A stretch of DNA of 48,811 nt. Origin: Candidatus Poribacteria bacterium (lineage in GTDB: Bacteria > Poribacteria > WGA-4E > UBA9662). Each line of letters opens with the position of its first letter. Positions within the stretch are counted from its first letter, which is position 1. The position numbers and the translations under genes were made by a program. The notes under the pieces are model-generated. The model did not search any database. It saw only the letters and a list, made by a program, of their open reading frames with translations, and was not told where the DNA came from. Shown piece by piece: positions 29,714 through 38,776 of the stretch. The stretch covers positions 1 through 48,811 of the forward strand of contig JAYGDX010000307.1 in the NCBI GenBank assembly GCA_046582655.1, given 5' to 3'.

Positions 29714-30799
29714 TCAACTCTGTCCAAGATTCTCAAAGACAAAGAGACCCTCTTTACCGGGAGCGACGATATCAAGCATCCCGTTTCCGTTGAGATCGAC
29801 AATGTGAAAGAAAATACCGCAGCCGGAGGCGACATCCGCGGGACCGTAGTCAATCACCTGTTTGGCGAAAGACTCTCCATTCCACTTGAAGTAATAGAGA
29901 CCTATGTCGTCGTTAGCTCCCGGATCGCCGCCGCAGTGTGCCCGGTAGCGCTTGCCAGTGATCAGTTCGCATTCGCCATCGCCGTCGATGTCCACCCACT
30001 GAATATCGTGATACTGAGAATTGTAAGGGTCAATAGGATGCTTGACCCAAGTTCTCTCACCGCTATCGCTCACGCACTGCTCCCACCAGTCCAGTCCATA
30101 AGGATGCGCTTGCCCGACAATTAAGTCGTTCAGTCCGTTGCGGTTTACATCTGCTACCAGTATGGGTACGCTGGCGGTGCCAAGGTCGAAGTCGGGATGG
30201 AATATCCATTCTCCGCCGTAGGTGTCGTCTGGAGCCTCTAGCCAGCCGTTTTTCAGGACGAAATCGCCGCGACCATTGCCAGTTATGTCGCCGAAACCCA
30301 GACCGTGCCCCTGATGTTTGTCATAGATTTTATGAGCGGCAAATTCGCCAGTGCCTTTGCCGTTCTCATCGGTTATCAGTTTGTAGACCACTAGCGGCGT
30401 AGGCGGGGTGTTGGGAACGATCTCAAGCTGACCGTCGCCGTCAACATCCCATGCGCGGGTGGTTTCCACGTTACCGCATTCAGCTATGATGTGCTCTGTC
30501 CATTCCTTGTTCGGATTGCCGGGGTTTTCGTGCCATCGGAGGTTGCATCCGAACCATCCGCCGGTGACGAAGTCCATTCGACCATCGCCGTTTACATCCA
30601 TAGGAATTGTGGAGAAGTCGTCGTAGTATTCACCTTCCGTTCTCACATCGCATATTTCGTGGCGCTCCTCGAAATATGGCCCTTTGTACCACCATCCTCC
30701 GGATACGATGTCCAGTATGCCATCGCCGTCAACGTCAAATGCGGCGGCTGTCTCATAAGTTTCTTTGGATACAAGTGCTTTTTTAAATTTAAGTGGCAT
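29714..30799 (-). CDS. FG-GAP/VCBS-like repeat beta-propeller protein
   Basis: Repeated DxDGDGxxD Ca-binding motifs (DVDGDGILD, DVNGDGRMD, DITGNGRGD, DIDGDGECE, DLNGNGMLD); no signal peptide; GGGAGG RBS. Confidence 0.9.
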   Translation of the reverse strand: MPLKFKKALVSKETYETAAAFDVDGDGILDIVSGGWWYKGPYFEERHEICDVRTEGEYYDDFSTIPMDVNGDGRMDFVTGGWFGCNLRWHENPGNPNKEWTEHIIAECGNVETTRAWDVDGDGQLEIVPNTPPTPLVVYKLITDENGKGTGEFAAHKIYDKHQGHGLGFGDITGNGRGDFVLKNGWLEAPDDTYGGEWIFHPDFDLGTASVPILVADVNRNGLNDLIVGQAHPYGLDWWEQCVSDSGERTWVKHPIDPYNSQYHDIQWVDIDGDGECELITGKRYRAHCGGDPGANDDIGLYYFKWNGESFAKQVIDYGPADVASGCGIFFHIVDLNGNGMLDIVAPGKEGLFVFENLGQS

Positions 30800-30844
30800 T
30801 TTTGCCTCCCTGATGAGATTAAATTCCTATTGATAACTGTATAG

Positions 30845-30877
30845 GGATTGCTTTGTCGCTAACGCTCCCAAAATGAC
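30845..30877. repeat. Degenerate half of a REP/RPE-like palindromic element
   Basis: GGATTGCTTTGTCGCTAACGCTCCCAAAATGAC resembles the widespread GATTGCTTCGTCGCT..GCTCCTCGCAATGAC small repeat. Confidence 0.45.
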
Positions 30878-31634
30878 GGAAGTAGCAGTTCCTAAACCCT
30901 TATCAGCAGTTATATACGCCTACGAGACTTTCAAATCTTTTATGGCCTCCTCAATGCTACTCGGAACATCTTAAATTCCTCTTGATGTTTTTGCTATTCA
31001 ATCGAATATTTCAGTACATTTGGTAGTTTCTGAAGTTTACATCCTCCAATTGCTATCAGGAAAGGACACTTATTATATCAACACAATTGTTTGGATCATC
31101 AAAATTTAAAGTCATGCTCAGTATGACCTGTGCCTGTGATTGGATTGCTTATTAAGTTGTACTGACAATTCAGACAAAACATTCTAGCACGATTAGTATA
31201 TCGGGGTAAAGAGGCGGACTCGTTAATAGTAATTGGTTGTGATGAATAGTGTAGGCACACAATGACAAGAAACGAGTCGGCTGGTGATTACCCAGTTTAT
31301 CTTAGGCTACACTCTTCTGGGGTGGCGGAATGTACTTCCATGTGTGGCAATAGCTATGCGATACTATCATAAGGGGGAGCTTACCCCCTTCAACCATCTT
31401 TGCTGCAGTTCTATATCAGTATCTGATTCTTATTGGTATTTTTGTCACCACCAGTGTCATTAGTGTGATAGACACATCATCTTTCATTAACCCTATCACG
31501 ACACGTAAACTTTATTATTGCCAAAGGCCGTTCTGAAAAGTGAAAAGCTTCATTGACATCTTGCTATTAATTTTGTTGAGTCACGTATATTGACGATGCG
31601 CAGATGAAACTGGATAAATCCATTATTCTCCTAG

Positions 31635-31650
31635 TCACCATGCATGGTGA
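31635..31650. promoter_or_regulatory. Perfect 16-bp palindrome upstream of the type III PKS (possible operator)
   Basis: TCACCATGCATGGTGA is its own reverse complement; about 190 bp before the PKS ATG. Confidence 0.3.
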
Positions 31651-31839
31651 AGCGAATGTTAGGATTGAGCTCTTGCATCATGGGTAAGGAACTTAATATT
31701 CTAAACGAACGTTGAATATAAGGCCGAACTTAGCTACCCTAAAAATTTGAACGATGGCTGACGAGTCCCATGTCAAAACTATTGATTGCAGATGCGGCTA
31801 CTTGGCGTTGTCAAGCGACTTCGGCTTGAGTTATTTACC

Positions 31840-32910
31840 ATGAATAATCGAGTATATATTGCTAGCATTAAAAGTATCTTTCCTAAAGGATACCATCCTG
31901 ATATAGCTGTGGATGTGCTTTACCCTGCTGATAAAGCAGGTGAAAAATTGAACCTGTATGCCAAGAGAGTAGCCAAGGCCCTCGGTTTAAAAAAGCGATA
32001 TTCAGTGCTTGATACTGACTTTTTTCCCAAGAAAAAACTATCAAAAAAAGAGTACCATCCTTTACATTGGGGCAAACAAATTCTAAGACAATTATCAGAA
32101 AAAATTGATCCAAAAAAAATTGGGTTTATAAGTGTTTCGTATAATATTTCTTCGCATACTGATGTTTTGCCAAATTTGGCCTGCCAGTTGTCTTTGGATA
32201 CTAATCTTGAGTTGGATGCAATGCCTGAAGAGATTTCCTATTATGGATGTGCAGGTGGGTTGTTTTCACTTAAATCGGCAGTTGAATATTGTCAGAGAAA
32301 TCAGGGAGCAGCCTATGTTTACACCTTCGATCAATGTTCTTGGCTGGCCAATCCTATTTTTGACGAAAGACATCAAGACTTCAAGGCTAATTTAATAACC
32401 TCGCTACTTTTCTCAGATACTGGTATCGGGTTGCTAATTATCCCAGAAAACATGAAGGATGAATTCGACCAACCATTATTGGAAATAATTGATTATAAAA
32501 CCCATTTTCAATTGGGCACGGCTGTTAGCATGCGAGAAGGATATTTGGTTCTTGACGATAATATAAAAAGTACATTGCCCAACATTGTCTCAGCCAAATT
32601 GATAAAACCAATCTTAAAAAGACAAAATTTAACCATTGATCAGATTCGAGAATGGAGCCTTCATCAGGGCGGATTGCCTATCCTGCAATCGTTTACCGAC
32701 AAAAGGAATTTGAATATTGGAACTGATAGAATCGAGAGGTCGAGGCAAATGTTTTACGAATATGGGAATTTAAGTGCTCCCAGTGCTTTTGTTGTTTTGG
32801 AATCTTTCCTTAAGGAGGGGGGAAATAAAGATTCTTATGGGATAATCGCTAGTTTTGGAGCTGGCTACTATCTAGGGGCATTTCTTTACCGATGGCAATT
32901 TAAAAATTAA
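31840..32910 (+). CDS. Type III polyketide synthase (chalcone/stilbene synthase-like)
   Basis: Catalytic triad: YYGCAGG (Cys), WSLHQGG (His), EYGNLSAPS (Asn); LLFSDTG and ASFGAG; KKRY near the N-terminus. ATG at 31840. Confidence 0.88.
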   Translation: MNNRVYIASIKSIFPKGYHPDIAVDVLYPADKAGEKLNLYAKRVAKALGLKKRYSVLDTDFFPKKKLSKKEYHPLHWGKQILRQLSEKIDPKKIGFISVSYNISSHTDVLPNLACQLSLDTNLELDAMPEEISYYGCAGGLFSLKSAVEYCQRNQGAAYVYTFDQCSWLANPIFDERHQDFKANLITSLLFSDTGIGLLIIPENMKDEFDQPLLEIIDYKTHFQLGTAVSMREGYLVLDDNIKSTLPNIVSAKLIKPILKRQNLTIDQIREWSLHQGGLPILQSFTDKRNLNIGTDRIERSRQMFYEYGNLSAPSAFVVLESFLKEGGNKDSYGIIASFGAGYYLGAFLYRWQFKN

Positions 32911-32959
32911 GGTGAAAATTTAATATTCAAACCATAGAAATGCAATTTCAATTTTTTAT

Positions 32960-33997
32960 ATGAGTAAATTAATAAAATTATTAAAGTCCGTTCTTTTGAA
33001 AATTGTTAGGGTTTTTATTTTGGGGGTGACCTTCTTCACCTTTTTTTCAGACAAAATTTTCTTCCACAACAAAAGTAAAATCGAAAAACCAATTTTTATT
33101 ATTGGCCATCTGCGCAGCGGTACCACTTTTTTGCATCGTTTTATGTGCGATAATTGTACGGATCTAAAAGGGATGATGCTCCTTGACATGCTTTTGCCGG
33201 CCATCACTACCCGCAAATTGTTAAAACCATTGATCCCATTACTAAAAAGAATGTCGCTTGACAAGATTTATGATCCAAAAATTCACGAGACCCACTTTTT
33301 TTTACCCGAAACCGATGATATTGCGATTCATTTCAGGTATGCCGAAGGAATTCTCTCCTGGGTATATTTCGGCTCGTGGCAAAAATACGCCTCGACTGAA
33401 GATTTAGAAAAGAGCGTACGCAATGCCGCTGAAAACGAAAAATTCATCCATTATCTACGCCAAATTCATGAAAATAATATTTATCAATCCTCCAAAAGAA
33501 TGGTATCAAAATCATTCTTCGGTATTTTCAATATCGAAACAATATTAAAGGTTTTCCCTGTCGCGAAAATTATTGTCCTATTACGCGACCCATTAGAAGC
33601 TGTTCCCTCATTAATATCACTCGAAAAAAGCGTGCAGGCTAACCTGTACGATTTCGACAAGCAAGATGAAAAGACAAAGACTTTATTCTTTGAGAATTTG
33701 TATGCTATGTCATTGTTTTACTACAAATATTTGGATGGCCTTTTCTCTAATGAAAAGTTCAAGGATAAACTTCAATTGGTAAGGTACAGCGAACTAAAAA
33801 ACGATTTTAAATGCACTATGCTGCGTATTATGGATTATTGCGAACTTGAAAGGAGTCCCGATATATTACGTGCCATTGAAACGCAGAACAACAAACAAGC
33901 TTCTTTTAAAACCGAACACAAATATTTTTTGGAAGATTTCAGTTTAAGCAAAAAACAAATCTTGCAGGATTTTGATTTCATTTATCCACGACTTTAA
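32960..33997 (+). CDS. PAPS-dependent sulfotransferase (Sulfotransfer_3-like)
   Basis: KPIFIIGHLRSGTTFLH (5'-PSB loop), FPVAKIIVLLRDPLEAVPS (3'-PB motif), VRYSELK, HKYFLEDF. Confidence 0.9.
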   Translation: MSKLIKLLKSVLLKIVRVFILGVTFFTFFSDKIFFHNKSKIEKPIFIIGHLRSGTTFLHRFMCDNCTDLKGMMLLDMLLPAITTRKLLKPLIPLLKRMSLDKIYDPKIHETHFFLPETDDIAIHFRYAEGILSWVYFGSWQKYASTEDLEKSVRNAAENEKFIHYLRQIHENNIYQSSKRMVSKSFFGIFNIETILKVFPVAKIIVLLRDPLEAVPSLISLEKSVQANLYDFDKQDEKTKTLFFENLYAMSLFYYKYLDGLFSNEKFKDKLQLVRYSELKNDFKCTMLRIMDYCELERSPDILRAIETQNNKQASFKTEHKYFLEDFSLSKKQILQDFDFIYPRL

Positions 33998-34178
33998 AAA
34001 AGCAATCATGCTGTTCTTTAAACTCGGAAATCCAAGTTGAGAAATTTAACGCTTGGTCATCGCTAATGCTTGTCTCTGGTGGAATGGCGACTGACTGAAT
34101 AGAAATTGCTTTTTGATACTTGTTGTGGCCGCGTTTTGGACTATTGGCTAGTTTGACTAGAATGTTCTCGACAGCCAT
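33978..34178 (-). CDS. Short hypothetical ORF or truncated gene N-terminus
   Basis: 66-aa ORF with a good RBS (GAGAGGA) before ATG; overlaps the sulfotransferase stop convergently; no recognisable motif. Confidence 0.3.
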   Translation of the reverse strand: MAVENILVKLANSPKRGHNKYQKAISIQSVAIPPETSISDDQALNFSTWISEFKEQHDCFFKVVDK

Positions 34179-34254
34179 TTAGATTTCCTCTCTCATACGG
34201 CTGTAGTGTCTTCCTAGCAAAACACGTGGATAGAGTAGCTCCAGACGGAAACCT

Positions 34255-34540
34255 ATGAAGGTAGAAGCGAATAACGATGTCGATCATCAATCGAAACTGG
34301 GCATCACCAGTGTAGCAACCGGAAGATCACAGATTGACAATGAATCAGTAATTACTGTTAATCAAGCCAAAGCGGCTATCACCTGGTTTGAAGCAGCACA
34401 TTCCCACATCCAAAGCACTAACCTTGTGTCCAAAGTAATCAGCCGACCTAACTGAGAACCAGATTTTGGCACAATTGGGCACAGCCATGCTGGCCCAAAC
34501 CTCAGCTATCTCCCGGAACATTCTGGGACTTCTGGGCTAG
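34255..34540 (+). pseudogene. fliC: Flagellin C-terminal remnant (frameshifted)
   Basis: Frame 34445-34540 reads DLTENQILAQLGTAMLAQTSAISRNILGLLG* (flagellin C-terminal D0 consensus NQILxQAGTAMLAQA...LxLL); the preceding frame has FEAAHSHIQSTN, similar to AAESRIRDAD. Confidence 0.85.
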
Positions 34541-35272
34541 GCTGGAAGTCCCAGCTCTCCTGAGGAAGGGCAGGTCTCTTCACCTTAATTAACTTAAAAC
34601 ACTTGGACCATAATGCTATCAGCTGACAAGATTACTCCGATTTTTGTTGTAGGAACGCATATCTATGACCATTACTTGCAGAAACATAGACGGAAAAACC
34701 GAGGCACGTGGTAAATACTCCCCTTGACTAGATAAAAGAGTCGTAAGTCGGTATGAAACGGCGGTTATTTCATGGTTTGCTTATGGGATTTCTTCTGTAG
34801 GGAACAATAGAAAATTCGTGGAAATATTGTGACTAGTGTGCAAGAAGTCGATTGCAGCTTAACCCAACTACGATGGCCGGCGCATTTTAGCAGTAGATAA
34901 TTAACTTAAACAGCACAAGGCCATAAAAAGCTGCCAAATGCCAAAATTGTATTCGATTCGCCCTATGTTGTATCTGTCTTCAATCGTGTTATCGACAAAG
35001 TCAGAGACTGTGAATATCAAAAGGCGGCTAAAGAGGGCAGAGTCATCTATAAGGGTTCCAAGTATTTGTTGCTTAAAAATAGGAAGATACTTTAGACTGA
35101 AAATCTATCATGCCTTCCAAAATTAATGTGGAGAAGAACTGCATTGTTTTTAGCTGCATTAGCAGAAACACTAAAAAAAGATTGGTGAACGAAAAGCAAT
35201 GGTTGATAGGATGATCACACAAGGACTTTTCACAAGCAAGGGCATAGAGGTAGCCAAGAAGGTCGGGGCAAT

Positions 35273-37684
35273 ATGGATGGTACCATGAATCATTCCATCA
35301 AGGCGTGGTTTATTCGCCAGAGCCTAAGTAATTCCAAACGAACCATCCGGATAGTTGTATTGTTGTCCCTGATTCTGACCACGGGCTTGAGTGGCAATAT
35401 CCTCTTCGCCTTTAAGGGTTTGGGAGAATGGTTACTTCTGGAGGAAACAGCCTCCCAGATCTTTACCTCAACCTACGATCATTTCGCTGAGAAACTACCC
35501 CATTTCGTTTTTGACGAAGATATGATGAAACTGCTCCCGCAAACTACCGAAGAGCGGATTACTTGGGAAAATGTGAGACGTGAGTTTGGTCGCACGGATA
35601 TGGCTTTTATCGCATTCGGAAACCGGGGGGAATCGGTTTTCGATGAGAAATTGTTGGCATCTCTATGGGATGTAAGCCACTCCCTGGAAAAGCTTCAGGA
35701 AGTGGACGAAGTCATTTCCATATCAACGATGCATCGGATGGATAGTGATGCAGGCTTTCTCGAAATCAACAATCTTCAGCCTTCCAGAAATCTGACTGCG
35801 GATGAAGCACGGGATGTTGAGCAATACCTCGACAAACACCCCAGCATGAAGAAACGGATGGTGGGGCGTCATAATGATTATGTGAATATCATGATAAGGC
35901 CCAAAACAGACGTAGGTAATAACATCCTGCGGGACAAAATGGTGGAAATTGCGGGCAGATTCCTCAGTGATTACGAGATCCATTACGGTGGTGTTCCTTA
36001 TCTTTTTGGAACTCTCCCTACACTTATTCTAGAAGATGTCCTAATTCTGATGATACTTGGCATAGGGATATTGATCACTATTCTGGCTGTGAACTTCCGC
36101 AGCGTTACCGCCGTCGCGTTGGTCTGGGGGGTGGTCGTCATTGCCCTTGTGTCGATGATGGGCTTTATGGGGTGGGTCGTGACTTTGACCGGTTCGGAAA
36201 AATTCCATTTCACTATGGTGAACACCACTATGCCAATCATTCTGATGACAATCGCTGCCGCAGACGGAGTTCACATCCTGACGAAGTTCTTCCGGGAATT
36301 ACGGAAGCGAAAGCATGTAGAGGACGCTATCCATGTAACCATGGATAGGCTCTTGTTGCCAGTATTCCTGACAAGCCTTACTACCATCGCGGCTTTCCTG
36401 TCTTTGATCTTTGCTCCCATCGAACAGTTCACCGGTTATGGTATCACCATTTCGCTCGGCATTGCTTGGGCATGGCTTCTGTCATCACTGTTTCTGCCTG
36501 CCATGATCGTCCATCGCAAATGGGACTTGAAGTCCAAGGCGATTACGCACCTGAGTCTCATTGAGAAAATAGTAAGTGTGTATGGAAGGAACATTATCCG
36601 TTATCAGAAGGTGATTCTAGCGCTTGGAGTGGGGGTAGTCCTTATCGCAGCATTTGGTATACTATTTGTGGAAGTGGAAGTCGATTTCACCAAGTTCTAC
36701 AAACCAGGATCTGAAATTCGCGACAGTATCGATTTCATGAATCAGGAAATGACTGGAGTGATGGATATCGATATCAGGGTCGAGGGAAATCTGAAGTCTC
36801 CTGATACCTTGAGCAAAATGCAGGCAATTCAGGAGTTTGTGGATTCGCATCCAAATGTATACTCGACGTTCTCCATTGTGGACATTATCAAGCAAATGCA
36901 TCGGACAGTCATGGATGATGATCCGGAATTTGAGACCATTCCGGAATCGAGGGAAAAAGTGAACAACCTATTTACGCTTTATTCCATGTCTGGTGATCTA
37001 GACGATTTCAATTCGCTGATTGATTATGAGTATCATACAGGACTGGTGACAGCGCTCATGGGGCAGATTACTACGACTATGATTGTCGAGTTTGTCCGGG
37101 ATACTGAAGAAATGATTCAGTCCGTCGCGGGGAATGACATCAAGACAACTATTACGGGGATTCTGGTCATCATGCGCGAACTGGTGTACCTGATCATAAG
37201 ATCGGCGTTTACCAGTATAGTGGTTTCAATTCTCATGATCTTTCTGATTTCTTGGATCTTCTTCAAGAAAGGCCTGTGGGCATTGCTCTCTATTATGCCC
37301 CTCGTTTCTGCTGTCATCTTGAATTTTGGAATGATGGGTCTGTTTGGCGTCGACCTTTCCCATATTACTGCAATCCTCTCTGCCATCATCATTGGCGTTG
37401 GTGTCGATTTTCCCCTTCATTACATCGCACAGTATCGCAATATTTCAAAAAGTGGTATTCCCTCTGATAGCCTGACGCGTGAAGTTGTCGAAGATGTGGG
37501 TTATCCCATCATCCTAGACGCAGTATCGAATATGGGGTTTGGAGCCCTGTTGTTTTCGGTCTTTGTTCCTATCCAGTACATCGGTGGACTGCTCATCTTT
37601 GCTATGGTATCCACGTCCGTGGGGACGTTGACAACACTAGCAGTCATCGCTGAATTGATGAAGAAAAAATTAACAGCAAACTAA
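35273..37684 (+). CDS. MMPL/RND-family inner-membrane lipid transporter
   Basis: Two repeats of periplasmic domain + TM bundle; IAAADGVHI, PVFLTSLTTIAAFLSL, IGVGVDFPLHY, GFGALLFS. Confidence 0.92.
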   Translation: MDGTMNHSIKAWFIRQSLSNSKRTIRIVVLLSLILTTGLSGNILFAFKGLGEWLLLEETASQIFTSTYDHFAEKLPHFVFDEDMMKLLPQTTEERITWENVRREFGRTDMAFIAFGNRGESVFDEKLLASLWDVSHSLEKLQEVDEVISISTMHRMDSDAGFLEINNLQPSRNLTADEARDVEQYLDKHPSMKKRMVGRHNDYVNIMIRPKTDVGNNILRDKMVEIAGRFLSDYEIHYGGVPYLFGTLPTLILEDVLILMILGIGILITILAVNFRSVTAVALVWGVVVIALVSMMGFMGWVVTLTGSEKFHFTMVNTTMPIILMTIAAADGVHILTKFFRELRKRKHVEDAIHVTMDRLLLPVFLTSLTTIAAFLSLIFAPIEQFTGYGITISLGIAWAWLLSSLFLPAMIVHRKWDLKSKAITHLSLIEKIVSVYGRNIIRYQKVILALGVGVVLIAAFGILFVEVEVDFTKFYKPGSEIRDSIDFMNQEMTGVMDIDIRVEGNLKSPDTLSKMQAIQEFVDSHPNVYSTFSIVDIIKQMHRTVMDDDPEFETIPESREKVNNLFTLYSMSGDLDDFNSLIDYEYHTGLVTALMGQITTTMIVEFVRDTEEMIQSVAGNDIKTTITGILVIMRELVYLIIRSAFTSIVVSILMIFLISWIFFKKGLWALLSIMPLVSAVILNFGMMGLFGVDLSHITAILSAIIIGVGVDFPLHYIAQYRNISKSGIPSDSLTREVVEDVGYPIILDAVSNMGFGALLFSVFVPIQYIGGLLIFAMVSTSVGTLTTLAVIAELMKKKLTAN

Positions 37685-37700
37685 TTGAGGGAAACTAACA

Positions 37701-38450
37701 ATGGATAAACTAATACTATCATTGATATTATCGGTTTTGTTCTTGGCCCAAACCGGATTTGAAATCGCCGAGATGGTTGATGATAGACTCCAGCCTGAGG
37801 ATATATCTAGTACAGCGACTATGGTATTGACGAATTCAAAAGGGAAGACCCGAACCAGTGTTATGAGATTGAAATCTATCGATGGCAATAAAAAGCGGAT
37901 CATCTGGTTTTTAGAACCGAAGGATGATAAGGGTGTAGCATTCTTGAAAATTGAGCATGAAAGCCAGGAGAGTGAAATTCGGATGTGGCTCCCAGCCTTC
38001 AAAAAGGTGCGGCGCATCGCCTCGACCAAGAAAGGCGATTCCTTCATGGGCTCTGATCTAAGTTACGAAGATCTCGCAAACCGCAACCTGAGTGAGAATG
38101 ATTATGAGCGCCTCAAAGATGAGATTGTGGGTGGGAATAATTGCTATGTCTTGAAAATCAGACCAAAACCTGAAGTCAAGTCCACCTACTCACACCATGT
38201 GAACTGGGTGATTAAAAAAAGCCTTGTGCCGCTCAAAGAGGAATCTTATGACAAGCGGGGTAAGCTTAAAAAAGTGAAATCCTTTGTCTTTGAAAAGATG
38301 CTGGATTACTATGTGGTCAGGGAAATCTTAGTCAAAGATGTGCAGAAGAATCATGCCACTAGCATTAAGTTTGATCACATCCAAGTGGATGCGGGTATTG
38401 ACGAAAAATTATTCCATGAAAAGAATTTGAAACGACTGCCGAGGAATTAA
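37701..38450 (+). CDS. Outer-membrane lipoprotein-sorting (LolA-like) periplasmic protein
   Basis: Signal peptide; FLEPKDDKGVAFL, WLPAFKKVRRI, SFMGSDLSYEDL, YDKRGKLKK, LFHEKNL. Confidence 0.9.
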   Translation: MDKLILSLILSVLFLAQTGFEIAEMVDDRLQPEDISSTATMVLTNSKGKTRTSVMRLKSIDGNKKRIIWFLEPKDDKGVAFLKIEHESQESEIRMWLPAFKKVRRIASTKKGDSFMGSDLSYEDLANRNLSENDYERLKDEIVGGNNCYVLKIRPKPEVKSTYSHHVNWVIKKSLVPLKEESYDKRGKLKKVKSFVFEKMLDYYVVREILVKDVQKNHATSIKFDHIQVDAGIDEKLFHEKNLKRLPRN

Positions 38451-38460
38451 AATTTCCGCA

Positions 38461-38690
38461 ATGAATTCTTTTATTAAAATGAAAGGAATAATGTGTCGCA
38501 ATTGAGTCAAACGAATAAAATCAGTAACCTTAACAGAATACCAAGATGTCTCTGTGGTCAGCAAAACATCGATCAAGAAAGATAGGGGGACAATTACCTT
38601 ATTGATGTTTATCCTAAGGTTTAGGGTTGAGTCAACATACAGCTCTGCTTGACGCATTGGGGCATGTGACGAATGGAACAGTAGATATAA
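38461..38690 (+). pseudogene. Degraded HMA (CopZ-like) metal chaperone
   Basis: MNSFIKMKGIMCRN[TGA]VKRIK matches GMxCxxCV; other frames give NLNRIP and ALLDALGH, so there are several frameshifts. Confidence 0.5.
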
Positions 38691-38776
38691 CCATCTCTGG
38701 GATAAATCGTATTGTATCTAAAAGGAAGCGCTTACCCTGTTTAAATATAGTATTGGCAACCATTAGGGAATAATTT

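Noticed and set aside
29690..30124. 144-aa + strand ORF and similar antisense ORFs (for example 44672-46802 +, 1728-2207 -)
   Set aside because: Shadows of well-supported genes on the opposite strand, with no motifs of their own.
31700..31835. Possible integron attC site before the PKS cassette
   Set aside because: No convincing RYYYAAC...GTTRRRY pair with internal dyad symmetry, and no integrase in the window.
38461..38652. Intact selenoprotein by TGA read-through
   Set aside because: The read-through frame loses HMA similarity after about 20 residues and no SECIS-like hairpin follows; treated as a pseudogene.
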